64,000 bases of DNA from Rickettsiales bacterium (GTDB lineage: Bacteria > Pseudomonadota > Alphaproteobacteria > Rickettsiales > UBA3002), in assembly GCA_028281385.1 (NCBI GenBank), contig JANQJY010000004.1:8141-72140 (forward strand), read 5' to 3'. Position 1 is the stretch's first letter. Each line of letters begins with the position of its first letter. Positions 40,477 to 50,300 of this stretch are shown here, piece by piece. A program made the translations under genes and the position numbers. The notes under the pieces are model-generated. The model saw only the letters and a list, made by a program, of their open reading frames with translations. It ran no database searches and was not told the origin of the DNA.

Positions 40477-41349
40477 TTAAGAAACATACTTAGAGCGATA
40501 TTTTTGATAATCAGATACATAGTGAAATAATTGCTCTTTACGAAAAGGTTTTGCGACAAAACCGTTGGCTCCAGCTTGCAACGACGTTACCACGTTATCG
40601 ACAAAACTGTTAGCGCTGAACATAATGATATAAGCGCTGTCATCATAGGTGCGGATCGCATCCATGACGTGAAAACCGCTATGATCAGGCAGACCGATAT
40701 CGAGGAAAACAATATCGGGCGCATGCAACGCATATTGTGTCACGGCATCGCGGGCATTGTTAGCTGTAATCAGATGCTGATTGTTTTTCATACAGCGTGC
40801 TACGATTTTACGGGTTAACGGATCATCTTCCACCAGCAGAATACGCATCGCAAATCGCGATTTTCGTTCGATCATATTTGAGGATAATACGTCTTGCATG
40901 GTACCTAGTGTGTGACGTAGCCTTCCCATTGAATGGTCGCAGGGAAAAGGAAAATAATCCACCCCGTCAGGTGTTTCGCATAAGCTCTGCAAATACTGCC
41001 ATGCATAGGTTGGTTCGTATAATGTGCAATAAGACGATAGGTTGTGCTGTTCAAACAAGGCATCTGCCATATCATAACCCATGGTGCGCAAGCGATAGGC
41101 TTCTATGTCACGGCATAGGATAAACACATGCTGCTCGCTATTCAGATACGCCACGCCATCGAGTTCTTTCATCTGATGACCGATATAATTGGCGATGTAG
41201 GCACTGGCAGGCAGTGTATTTTTCTGTGTCTTATTTTCTTGTATATTAATATATAGCACGAACCACTTTTCCCAACTGGTGGGATCATGGCGCATGGTAT
41301 CGGCAATATGGGAAAATTGTTGTTCAGCATCTTGGATAATAATTCGCAT
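40477..41349 (-). CDS. response regulator: uncharacterised ~165-aa N-terminal domain plus C-terminal REC
   Basis: C-terminal RILLVEDDPLTRKIV...DIVFLDIGLPDHSG...GFVAKPF. Start set at Met36 (AAGGA upstream), 13 nt after the preceding stop. Confidence 0.75.
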   Translation of the reverse strand: MRIIIQDAEQQFSHIADTMRHDPTSWEKWFVLYINIQENKTQKNTLPASAYIANYIGHQMKELDGVAYLNSEQHVFILCRDIEAYRLRTMGYDMADALFEQHNLSSYCTLYEPTYAWQYLQSLCETPDGVDYFPFPCDHSMGRLRHTLGTMQDVLSSNMIERKSRFAMRILLVEDDPLTRKIVARCMKNNQHLITANNARDAVTQYALHAPDIVFLDIGLPDHSGFHVMDAIRTYDDSAYIIMFSANSFVDNVVTSLQAGANGFVAKPFRKEQLFHYVSDYQKYRSKYVS

Positions 41350-41362
41350 TATGTTGTTCCTT

Positions 41363-42241
41363 TTAATGTGTGGTGGGTTGATAGGTTGGAGCTTTCTGGA
41401 TGTAAGCGAGCAGTTTTTCTTTTGCGAAAGGTTTGGCGACAAACCCTTTTGCACCGTTCTTCATGGCACTTAAGACATTTTTCTGATCGCCGTTACCGCT
41501 GAGCATAATGATATAGGCATTTGGGTCGATAGAGAGTACTTTATGCAAAATTTCATGACCATTCACATCTGGCAGATCAATATCCAGGAACATCACATCG
41601 GGCGCTTTATGGACATAGGCTGAAATTGCATCATGCCCATCTTCAGCGGATGAAATCGAAAAAAGTGTCTTGAGTGAACGTTGCACGAGTGTTCGGGAGA
41701 AGGGGTCATCTTCAACGATTACAATCTCCACGCCTTCACGTTCCGTGCGTCGCTTGTCGATGTTACACAACAATTCATCAGGAAATGTCTGGTTTAATGC
41801 AGACTGACGTATCTGTTCCTTTTTTACTTTTTCAGCATTGGCCTTTCCTTTTTCTATATGTTTGGTCAATGCATCGAATTTTCGTTTAAGCAAACTGTCC
41901 ATGTGAAACCAGTTGATGCCTTTCTCATAAAAGGTCATTGCTTCAATTGTGTGATCAGCATAATGGCTAACATATGCTTTAACTTCATGATAATGACTGG
42001 TGGTGATGCCTTTGCCAGCGATAATAATATCGCCATCATAAAGAATAAACACACGAACCTCCGCATCTTTGAATGCATGGGCGAGTGTTTGTGTAAAATC
42101 AGCGGAGAGCATTCGCGGTTCGTTGAACAATGCATCACACTGACGAACATGAATCGCACGCGGGACGTAACTGGATTGTGCGTTTGCGTCCTCCATCCAT
42201 TCTATGGCTTTGCGTTCTGCTTGCGTAGTGACGATGATCAT
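41363..42241 (-). CDS. response regulator paralog: uncharacterised N-terminal domain plus C-terminal REC
   Basis: C-terminal IVIVEDDPFSRTLV...DVMFLDIDLPDVNG...GFVAKPF. Start set at Met14 (AAAGGAG 7 nt upstream), because the longer ORF would swallow the sigma-54 promoter. Confidence 0.75.
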   Translation of the reverse strand: MIIVTTQAERKAIEWMEDANAQSSYVPRAIHVRQCDALFNEPRMLSADFTQTLAHAFKDAEVRVFILYDGDIIIAGKGITTSHYHEVKAYVSHYADHTIEAMTFYEKGINWFHMDSLLKRKFDALTKHIEKGKANAEKVKKEQIRQSALNQTFPDELLCNIDKRRTEREGVEIVIVEDDPFSRTLVQRSLKTLFSISSAEDGHDAISAYVHKAPDVMFLDIDLPDVNGHEILHKVLSIDPNAYIIMLSGNGDQKNVLSAMKNGAKGFVAKPFAKEKLLAYIQKAPTYQPTTH

Positions 42242-42268
42242 GGGACTACTCCTTTCTGTGATATGAAC

Positions 42269-42284
42269 AGCAGGAGCCATGCCA
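42269..42284 (-). promoter_or_regulatory. sigma-54 (-24/-12) promoter for the response-regulator pair
   Basis: Minus strand reads TGGCATGGCTCCTGCT (consensus TGGCAC-N5-TTGCW) with correct GG-to-GC spacing, ~28 nt upstream of ATG 42241. Confidence 0.6.
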
Positions 42285-42367
42285 AAAACTTGTAAGCATA
42301 TAAATCAATCAGTTAATGATTCACCCGCGGGGCGATTGGTATTATTCTGAGAAAAAAAGCAAATAAA

Positions 42368-42384
42368 TTATCAAAACTGAACGC
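42368..42384. promoter_or_regulatory. 17-nt motif TTATCAAAACTGAACGC (candidate enhancer/UAS), copy 1
   Basis: 16/17 identical to 43830..43846. Lies ~90 nt upstream of the minus-strand sigma-54 -24 element. Confidence 0.4.
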
Positions 42385-43779
42385 TTAAACGTCTTTAATC
42401 TTCAATTCAGATAAACGTCTGTAGAGTGTGGGTTTGGCCATACCTAATGACTTTGCCGCTTGCGTGACATTGCCGTTATGATGCGATAATGCAAAGCGAA
42501 TCGCCTGTTCCTCAATTGCCTTAAGTGGCAGGAGAGAACCATCCGTCTGCACGAATGGAAGCGTACCGTTATCGGTTAGTGCGTAAGGGCTGTCAGGCGT
42601 ATGAGTGTAATGCATCATCACCGCTTGCACATCCTCTGCACCAATCATACTGTGTTCACTCGTGACCATTATGCGCTGAATCGTGTTTTCCAATTCACGA
42701 ATATTACCTGGCCAGGAATGATTGCAGAGCACGTCGATGGCATGGGTTGAGATTTCTTTCATCGGTATGTCATAGTGTGCAACAAACCGTTCCATGAAAA
42801 ACGTAATGAACGCTGGAATGTCTTGAACGCGTTCATGCAAAGTTGGTATATGCAGTGGTAAGACATTAAGTCGGAAAAAGAGATCTTCACGAAAATGCCC
42901 AGAAGACACCTCGTCTTTTAACGTGCGGTGCGTAGCCGATATGATGCGTACATTTACAGGGACTGATTTGCCAGCGCCAACAGGCTCTACTTCTTTTTCC
43001 TGCAAAACACGAAGTAATTTCGCCTGCACATCCAATGGTAATTCGCCAATTTCATCAAGAAAAAGGGTACCACCTTCTGCTTCACGGAACTTACCAAGCG
43101 CATCAGTGATTGCGCCGGTGAACGAGCCTTTAACGTGGCCAAACAGTGTACTTTCAACCAATTGCGCAGGAATTGCGGCGCAGTTAATAGCGATGAAAGG
43201 GTGACAACAGCGGATACTTTCACCATGAATTGCGCGAGCCAACACTTCTTTACCCACCCCGGTTTCCCCGGTAATTAAGATTGGCAAATCACTTTGCGCA
43301 CCCCTGCGTGCGATCTTTACCAGTGATTTAAGACCGCTATCATATCCAATCATATCACTGAATTGCGTCTCGCCGGATTCTTTGCGTTTATAGCGATGCA
43401 GTTCACGTGACATGGCACGCATTTTTAATACATGAAGAATCGATACAGCCAATCGCTCTGGCTCGGCCGGCTTTGGCAGAAAATCGATCGCGCCCATTTT
43501 CATAGCACGTACGGCGTGATCAATTTCATCGCTACTTGTTAACATAATAACGGGCAGGTCAGGATAACGTTCTGATAATTCGCTGAGCGTTTCCAGGCCA
43601 TCTTTTTTTGGCATGTGAACATCCATGATGACTACATCCGGCATTTGGCGTTTAACGATGTTTAAGGCCTGTTTGCCATCTTCAGCATCGATGACATCGT
43701 AGCCAAAGCGTTTTTTAATCAGTGAGCCAATCATAATACGCTGTGTATCTTCATCTTCGACTATCAGAACTGTAGGCAT
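42385..43779 (-). CDS. sigma-54-dependent Fis-family response regulator (NtrC type)
   Basis: REC (VLIVEDEDTQR...DVHMPKKDG); AAA+ domain with Walker A GETGVGKE and GSFTGA (GAFTGA variant); C-terminal Fis HTH AAKSLGMAKPTLYRRL. Start at Met24 (GAGAGGGGA upstream). Confidence 0.9.
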   Translation of the reverse strand: MPTVLIVEDEDTQRIMIGSLIKKRFGYDVIDAEDGKQALNIVKRQMPDVVIMDVHMPKKDGLETLSELSERYPDLPVIMLTSSDEIDHAVRAMKMGAIDFLPKPAEPERLAVSILHVLKMRAMSRELHRYKRKESGETQFSDMIGYDSGLKSLVKIARRGAQSDLPILITGETGVGKEVLARAIHGESIRCCHPFIAINCAAIPAQLVESTLFGHVKGSFTGAITDALGKFREAEGGTLFLDEIGELPLDVQAKLLRVLQEKEVEPVGAGKSVPVNVRIISATHRTLKDEVSSGHFREDLFFRLNVLPLHIPTLHERVQDIPAFITFFMERFVAHYDIPMKEISTHAIDVLCNHSWPGNIRELENTIQRIMVTSEHSMIGAEDVQAVMMHYTHTPDSPYALTDNGTLPFVQTDGSLLPLKAIEEQAIRFALSHHNGNVTQAAKSLGMAKPTLYRRLSELKIKDV

Positions 43780-43829
43780 ATCCCCTCTCGTTAGATGCGT
43801 TTTATTATGATAAAAGTATAACGAATATG

Positions 43830-43846
43830 TTATCAAAATTGAACGC
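43830..43846. promoter_or_regulatory. 17-nt motif TTATCAAAATTGAACGC (candidate enhancer/UAS), copy 2
   Basis: Lies in the divergent region between the activator gene and the porin operon, ~70 nt upstream of the plus-strand -24 element. Confidence 0.4.
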
Positions 43847-43907
43847 ATTTATGTGTTTTATCGAAAGAAGAATAACCAACACACTGTTTTATATGCATTC
43901 ATAAAAA

Positions 43908-43923
43908 TGGCCCGCTCTCTGCA
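43908..43923 (+). promoter_or_regulatory. sigma-54 (-24/-12) promoter for the porin / PhnD-like / hybrid kinase operon
   Basis: TGGCCCGCTCTCTGCA with canonical spacing, 38 nt upstream of ATG 43962. Confidence 0.6.
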
Positions 43924-43961
43924 GACAGGTAGTCAAACAGAAACAATGAAGGGCCAAGTCT

Positions 43962-45224
43962 ATGAAACATCTGATCCTGACCACGATCGCACTGAGTCTG
44001 CTGGTAACTAATCCTGCGATCGCCGGTGAAGCAGATAACCGTGCGATGCAAATGAAAATAGATCGCCTCGAGCGTGTCGTTGATAGCTTGATAAAAGAAC
44101 AAGAATCACAGCCTTCCTTGTCCTTAAAACCCGGCATTCGTCTGAAGGATCCTGATAATCGCTATAGTTTTGGCCTTGACGGGTTTGTGCAGGGGGATGC
44201 CGGGTGGATGGATGCCGGAACGAATGATCTGCCTGACGGCACGACCATCAAACGTGCGCGTTTGGGGGTTAAAGGCACCATCGAGACAGATTGGAAATAT
44301 CGCATTCTCACTGATTTTGGCAATGATGATTTTCAATTGATGGATGCGAATCTCAGTTATACCGGATTTGATAATTTAAACCTCACCGTCGGACAATTTA
44401 AAGAGCCATTTAGTTTGGAGCAGCTTATGGCCGCCAAGTATTGGACGTTCACTGAAAAAGCTTCGATGGCTGCACTCACTCCAAAACGCTCACTTGGTGT
44501 TGGAGCAACGTATGATTATGGTGATGGTATTATCAGTGCTGGTTTATTCGGTGAAAATGTAAACAAAAACCGTGCTGATGATGAAGGCTATGGTGTGACA
44601 GGGCGTATGACCTACGTGCCTGTTCACGATAAGAATAAGTTGGTACATATTGGCTTGTCGGGCGCCTACCGTGAACCGGATGCAGAAACCGGCTCGGTAA
44701 GGTTTAAAAATGCCGGGCATAATACCCTCACCGGCGCATTTGTCGACACGGGAAAGATCAATAATGTCTCCAGTGTGACATCGTTTAACCCTGAGATCGT
44801 ACTGGTATATGACGCCTTCTCACTACAAGGGGAATATACCCATACGCGTGTCGAACGTGATGTTGGCAGCGACCTCGATTTTGTAGGATATTATGGTGAG
44901 GCGTCCTATTTTCTGACCGGCGAATCACGAAAGTATAACAGGAAAAAAGGCGTGTTTGGCAAGGTAAAGCCGGAAGCAAGTTTTAATTGGAAAAATAATG
45001 AATGGGGCGCGTGGCAACTCGCTTATCGCTATAGCCATATTGACCTGAATGATCATGATATTACAGGCGGTGAAATGAATAGCCATACTTTTGGTGTGAA
45101 CTGGTTTCCAAACATCTATACGCGGCTGTCGGCCAATGTCATTTATAACCAGACCGATCATGAAGCCAAAATCCCAGACGCAGAAGCCACAATCTTTATG
45201 TTACGAACTCAATTTGAATTGTAG
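43962..45224 (+). CDS. phosphate-selective porin O/P (OprO/OprP) family outer-membrane protein
   Basis: Signal peptide ...NPAIAGEA; N-terminal coiled segment (MQMKIDRLERVVDSL); RARLGVKG, DFGNDDFQLMDANLSY, VGQFKEPFSLE blocks; C-terminal ...LRTQFEL. Confidence 0.75.
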   Translation: MKHLILTTIALSLLVTNPAIAGEADNRAMQMKIDRLERVVDSLIKEQESQPSLSLKPGIRLKDPDNRYSFGLDGFVQGDAGWMDAGTNDLPDGTTIKRARLGVKGTIETDWKYRILTDFGNDDFQLMDANLSYTGFDNLNLTVGQFKEPFSLEQLMAAKYWTFTEKASMAALTPKRSLGVGATYDYGDGIISAGLFGENVNKNRADDEGYGVTGRMTYVPVHDKNKLVHIGLSGAYREPDAETGSVRFKNAGHNTLTGAFVDTGKINNVSSVTSFNPEIVLVYDAFSLQGEYTHTRVERDVGSDLDFVGYYGEASYFLTGESRKYNRKKGVFGKVKPEASFNWKNNEWGAWQLAYRYSHIDLNDHDITGGEMNSHTFGVNWFPNIYTRLSANVIYNQTDHEAKIPDAEATIFMLRTQFEL

Positions 45225-45235
45225 GAGAAACACGC

Positions 45236-46099
45236 ATGAAAACGACCATATTCAATTACATGCACATATTGACTTGCTTGTCACATATCCTGCTTTTTGC
45301 CGGACTGTATCTTTTTCTTTCCCTGCCACTTGCCCATGCAGCACCATGCCAACTTACTGTTGGTGTGGTGCCGCAATTTGAGCAGCGGAAAATCATCAAT
45401 GTTTGGAACCCGATCCTTGCAATGCTCAGTGAAAAAACAGGATGTGTTTTTGAACTGAAGGGCACACAGACCATCCTCGAGTTTGAACGGCAATTTAAAC
45501 ATGGCGCGTATGATATGGCCTATATGAACCCATATCATGCAGTCATGGCCAATGATGCGCAGGGCTATCTCCCAATGGTGCGTTCGGGGGCAAAACAACT
45601 GAAAGGTATTCTGACGGTGCATAAAGATAGTGGCATCAGCGATGTGGGCCAGTTGCAGGGTGAAACTATTGCGTTTCCGTCGCCAAATGCCCTGGGAGCA
45701 TCGCTGCTGATGCGTGCGGAACTCAAACGCAAGCACGGGCTGGATATCATACCGTTCTATGTCAAAACACACAGTTCGACCTATTTGCATGTGGCAAAGC
45801 ATCTGACCAAAGCCGGCGGGGGTGTCATGCGGACATTGAATGAGCAAAAACCGTCATTGCAAAACAAGCTCAGCATTATCTACACGACGACCCCTGTGCC
45901 AGCCCATCCGCTTGTCGTCCATCCGCGTGTGGATGAGACGACGCGCACCATCATTCAAACATCGTGGCTATCAATGGCTGCGGATAATGCAAATGTATTT
46001 AACGGTGTGCCAATGAATGCACCCATTGCGACGAGCATGGTGGATTATGACCCATTGCGTGCATTGGGACTTGCTGACTTCGTTGGTGATAAAGAATAG
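45236..46099 (+). CDS. PhnD-like periplasmic phosphate/phosphonate-binding protein
   Basis: Signal/TM, then [30 protein letters not shown]...[10 protein letters not shown], typical of PhnD-family SBPs that accompany sensor kinases. Confidence 0.65.
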   Translation: MKTTIFNYMHILTCLSHILLFAGLYLFLSLPLAHAAPCQLTVGVVPQFEQRKIINVWNPILAMLSEKTGCVFELKGTQTILEFERQFKHGAYDMAYMNPYHAVMANDAQGYLPMVRSGAKQLKGILTVHKDSGISDVGQLQGETIAFPSPNALGASLLMRAELKRKHGLDIIPFYVKTHSSTYLHVAKHLTKAGGGVMRTLNEQKPSLQNKLSIIYTTTPVPAHPLVVHPRVDETTRTIIQTSWLSMAADNANVFNGVPMNAPIATSMVDYDPLRALGLADFVGDKE

Positions 46100-46113
46100 G
46101 AGCAAAGTTTATT

Positions 46114-48405
46114 ATGGCATGGTATTATGGCATTAAAGCAAAAATATTTCTTCCTATCATTCTTCTCACTATATCGATTTGTTCCTATACCTACTTCATC
46201 TGGCTGCCTGCTTCGATTGAATATTCCATAACGCAGACGAAAAAGCACGCTACCCATACACTGGCCACACTATCGGAGGGATTGGTGCCTCTCTTACTTG
46301 CAAATAAACTCTCAGACATCTACGATACCATTGATAAGGTCGTAGCCGATAATCAACCTGATTGGGCTGGCATTCGTCTGATTAATGCACAGCAACAATC
46401 GCTCTATCCGTTAGAGGAAATCCCGCTCCCTGAACCTTCGGATACGCTACATATCCTGCGTTATCCACTCAACGCCTCAGGCACCATTGGTGAGTTGGTT
46501 CTGGTTTATGATTTTTCCGATACCAAAGCGCGTATCGAACAGCACGGGCTGGAATTATTTCTCTCTGTCTTTACCGCAATTACCATTTTCTCCTGCGTGA
46601 TTGGACTCGTCGTGCATCATTTCGTACTGCGCCCCGCAACCCGGCTTGCGGATGCATCTAATGCAATGGCTGAAGGGAATTACGAGGTTAACCTGCCTGA
46701 GATGAAGAGCGGCGAGATGGCTACCTTGTTAAATAGCTTTTCCGAGATGCGTGATACTATCCGTACGACACAAAAAGAGATGCAAACCGCTCGTTTTAAC
46801 GCTGAGACCGCTAACCGTGCCAAGAGTGAATTTCTGGCGAATATGAGCCATGAACTGCGTACCCCGATGAACGGCATAATCGGCTTATCAGATCTCATTC
46901 TTGATAGCGATCTGGATGACGAATCACTCGAATCACTCAGCGCTATTAACCGTTCGGCAGAGGGGTTACTGTTATTGCTGAATGATATTCTCGATTTTTC
47001 TAAAATCGAAGCGGGTGAGATGACACTTGAATATGCCCCGTTCGATTTGAAGCAAAGCATTAAAGATGTGCTTGATTTATTACAATTTCAGGCAGAAAAA
47101 AAAGGACTTTATTTGCGATGTAATTATAGCCCAACGACGCCACGGTGGGTCGTAGGTGATACGGCGCGGCTGCGGCAAATTCTCACTAACCTGATTGGTA
47201 ACGCGATTAAATTTACGGAAAAAGGTGGTGTGTTGCTCGACATCTCGACGCATTATGAGAATGGACATTCGAGCATCTATTTTCGCATTGACGATACAGG
47301 CATCGGCATTCCACAAGGCCGACTTGAGCCAATCTTTCAGAAATTCACTCAGGCCGATGAGTCAACCACGCGCAAATTTGGCGGTACCGGATTAGGATTA
47401 AGCATCTGCAAATACCTTACTGAAATGATGGAGGGGAGGATTGGTGTTAATAGTGTCGAAGGCAAGGGCTCATCTTTCTGGTTCGTGCTTCCCTTCGATG
47501 TATATGAGCAGGGAGAAGGTAATATGACAGAGGATATTTCATTTGCGGATGAAGCGGTTACGTATGCGGAAGAACCTGTACGAACCATGTTTTCCTCACC
47601 AGAAAAAATACAGCCTATGCCGGGTGACGAATCTATTCGCATTCTTGCTGTCGATGACAATCCGGTGAATCTGATGTTTTTACGCAAGTTGCTAAAAAAA
47701 ATGGGCTACCCTGCTGTGCAACTTGCCAATGGCGGCCAGGAAGCACTCGAATATGTGAAAGAGGTTCAGTATGATCTTATTTTTATGGATTGCCAAATGC
47801 CGGAGATGGATGGGTTTCAAACCACATCTGCCATTCGTGAGCATGAGAAAGTGACAGGCCGTCACACACCGATCACCGCACTTACCGCCAATGCTCTTAA
47901 AGGTGACCATGAGAAATGCATCAATGCGGGCATGGATGATTACGCCACCAAACCAGTGAACAAAGACACCATTACCACATTAATTGAAAAGTGGGTCTCT
48001 CCAGTTGTGGACGAAAGTAGAATGGGAGAAACATCAATTGAGGGTGCCAGTAAGGCTGATAATGCGGTAGTGCCAGTAATGGATCTGGACCGGCTGCATA
48101 TTTTTACCGATGGTGACAAGGAAGAAGAGAAAATGCTGTGCGATACTTTTTTTGAACAAGCAGATACATCCGTTCGGGCATTAAAAGACAATATTTCAGG
48201 TAATGGTGTTGAATGGAAAAGTGCAGCGCACAGGCTTAAAGGGTCATCCGCCAATTTTGGCGCCATAGCACTTTCAGAACAGTGCCGTATTGCAGAAGAA
48301 AGATACAATGCATCAGAAGGGCAAAAACAAAGCATACTTAAAGAGATAAACATTTATCTTACCCAAGTGAAAAATGTCTTCGAAGAAAATAGACCTGAAA
48401 TTTAA
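46114..48405 (+). CDS. hybrid sensor histidine kinase/response regulator (2 TM, HAMP, HisKA, HATPase, REC, HPt)
   Basis: H-box [10 protein letters not shown]; [10 protein letters not shown]; DTGIGI; GGTGLGL; [13 protein letters not shown]...DCQMPEMDG...KPV; HPt [12 protein letters not shown]. Confidence 0.9.
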   Translation: MAWYYGIKAKIFLPIILLTISICSYTYFIWLPASIEYSITQTKKHATHTLATLSEGLVPLLLANKLSDIYDTIDKVVADNQPDWAGIRLINAQQQSLYPLEEIPLPEPSDTLHILRYPLNASGTIGELVLVYDFSDTKARIEQHGLELFLSVFTAITIFSCVIGLVVHHFVLRPATRLADASNAMAEGNYEVNLPEMKSGEMATLLNSFSEMRDTIRTTQKEMQTARFNAETANRAKSEFLANMSHELRTPMNGIIGLSDLILDSDLDDESLESLSAINRSAEGLLLLLNDILDFSKIEAGEMTLEYAPFDLKQSIKDVLDLLQFQAEKKGLYLRCNYSPTTPRWVVGDTARLRQILTNLIGNAIKFTEKGGVLLDISTHYENGHSSIYFRIDDTGIGIPQGRLEPIFQKFTQADESTTRKFGGTGLGLSICKYLTEMMEGRIGVNSVEGKGSSFWFVLPFDVYEQGEGNMTEDISFADEAVTYAEEPVRTMFSSPEKIQPMPGDESIRILAVDDNPVNLMFLRKLLKKMGYPAVQLANGGQEALEYVKEVQYDLIFMDCQMPEMDGFQTTSAIREHEKVTGRHTPITALTANALKGDHEKCINAGMDDYATKPVNKDTITTLIEKWVSPVVDESRMGETSIEGASKADNAVVPVMDLDRLHIFTDGDKEEEKMLCDTFFEQADTSVRALKDNISGNGVEWKSAAHRLKGSSANFGAIALSEQCRIAEERYNASEGQKQSILKEINIYLTQVKNVFEENRPEI

Positions 48406-48608
48406 GAGAGTGTGCTCAAAGCGCCCCTCACTTTCAGCTTAAAATTCGTGAGCATCAGGCTCTGCAGGCTTATGAAAGCTTTAACCACTATGCATAACAG
48501 GGAATGATCAGGGAAAGCCACTTATATGATCCTGTGAAGATGCGGCCATTATCTACTCGTGTCAAAACACCAGATTCAGACGAATACTGATCGTGTCATA
48601 TACTGGAT

Positions 48609-50300
48609 TCATGGTCGTGACTCTCTCATTCGAGCGACGGCCTGTTCAGCGGCATCATAGAATGGAAAAAGAATCAGGTTCACGCCTTTCTCTTTCAGCA
48701 CTTCCTGATCATGAAGTTGCTGCGTAGATATGGCAATACCGCCCTGATAGTGCTGTTGTTTCAACCCTTCAATGAGTGACAGACGCGGGTCTTCATGTGT
48801 CACACCCACGTCATGCTGCGGCATGGCGGAGACCACCCATTTCACTCCTTTCAGTGGTAGGCCGCCTACAAAAGCCGGATCACAAGCATCGCCATACATC
48901 GCCGCATGTCCCATATCACGCCAGCGCCGGACTTCATCCGGGTTGAAGTCAACTGCCAGCAGGTTGAACCCTTCCTGCTGAAGATAGTGTGCAATGGCTT
49001 TTCCATACCGGCCCAATCCGAATAGAATCACATCATAATTGCCTTTGGACGTTTGCTGCTGTTCCAGCTTTTCTTCTCTGAACGGCTTCATGCGCTCGAA
49101 AATATTCAATAGCGGTTCCAGCTTTGCATAAAGGCTGTGTGAATAGGTGATCATGTAAACGGAAAGTGAGATGGTAATCAGCCCGACCAGTGTCACCAGA
49201 CCCAATGACTCGGCAGAGACGTGGCCCAGCGTCAGCCCCATGGCCATAAAGATGAGCGAGAACTCACTAATCTGCGCGACCGTCAATCCGGCCAGAAAAC
49301 CGGTGCGTTTTCGGTACCCCATGAATCCCATAATCACCATTACGATCAACGGGTTCCCGATCAACACGAACAAAGAGAAAACCAGTGCCGGAGCAATCTG
49401 GGCACCCAACAGGCCAAGGTCAAGCTGTGAGCCGAGCGCAATGAAGAAAAACAACAGCAGAAAATCACGTAAGGAAGAGAGTCGTGCAACAATGGCTTCA
49501 CGGAAAGGCGTCGAGGCGAGCGAGATACCGGCAAGCAGTCCGCCCAGCTCTTTGCTGAATCCAAGTTGGCTTCCGATGGCGGCCAGTAATGCAGCCCAGC
49601 CAATGGCAAACGTAATCAGTAATTCCTGCGAATGCGCGATGCGGCTGACCAGCGGGGTCGCCAGGTAACGAATGAACAATAGCACAAAACCCAACATCAG
49701 CAGACCATAGAGCATGACGGTAGCAATATGGATCAGGGCTGAGTCCTCCATGCCATCCTGTGCGCCGACACCAAATGCAGACAGCGTCATCATTGCCAGT
49801 ACCACAACCAGGTCCTGTACGATCAGGAAACCGATGGCGATACGCCCATGCAAAGAATCCACCTCGCGCTTATCTGAGAGCAGTTTTACAATGATAATGG
49901 TACTGGAAAAGGTAAGCGCCACAGCCACATAAAGCGACGTAGTCGTGTCCAGACCAAGCACCAGGCCGATGAGAAAACCGATGACGGAAGTAAAGGTCAC
50001 CTGTCCCAAACCCGTTGCCAGTGCCACCGGCCCAAGTGTGCGGATGAGTTTCAGGTCGAGTTTAAGCCCAACCAGAAACAGCAGCACGGCAATGCCCAGT
50101 TCGGCCAGTAGCTCGATATGTTCATGGGACTGGACGATGCCAAGTGCTGAAGGTCCGGCCAGCACACCTACCGCAATGAAACTGACAATCATCGGCTGAC
50201 GCAGCAGCAATCCGATGAAACCTGCTACTGCTGCCAGTGCAATCAGTGCCGTCAGCTCATAGAAAGGGGAAGCATGGATAAAATTCAGATCCAGCATCAT
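48609..50300 (-). CDS. CPA2-family cation:proton antiporter with C-terminal RCK/TrkA-N-like domain
   Basis: About 12 TM (Na+/H+ exchanger type), then VILFGLGRYGKAIAHYL (Rossmann GxGxxG). The start is probably Met8/Met9 (ATGATG after AAGGAG), overlapping the ATPase TGA stop. Confidence 0.8.
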   Translation of the reverse strand: MMLDLNFIHASPFYELTALIALAAVAGFIGLLLRQPMIVSFIAVGVLAGPSALGIVQSHEHIELLAELGIAVLLFLVGLKLDLKLIRTLGPVALATGLGQVTFTSVIGFLIGLVLGLDTTTSLYVAVALTFSSTIIIVKLLSDKREVDSLHGRIAIGFLIVQDLVVVLAMMTLSAFGVGAQDGMEDSALIHIATVMLYGLLMLGFVLLFIRYLATPLVSRIAHSQELLITFAIGWAALLAAIGSQLGFSKELGGLLAGISLASTPFREAIVARLSSLRDFLLLFFFIALGSQLDLGLLGAQIAPALVFSLFVLIGNPLIVMVIMGFMGYRKRTGFLAGLTVAQISEFSLIFMAMGLTLGHVSAESLGLVTLVGLITISLSVYMITYSHSLYAKLEPLLNIFERMKPFREEKLEQQQTSKGNYDVILFGLGRYGKAIAHYLQQEGFNLLAVDFNPDEVRRWRDMGHAAMYGDACDPAFVGGLPLKGVKWVVSAMPQHDVGVTHEDPRLSLIEGLKQQHYQGGIAISTQQLHDQEVLKEKGVNLILFPFYDAAEQAVARMRESRP

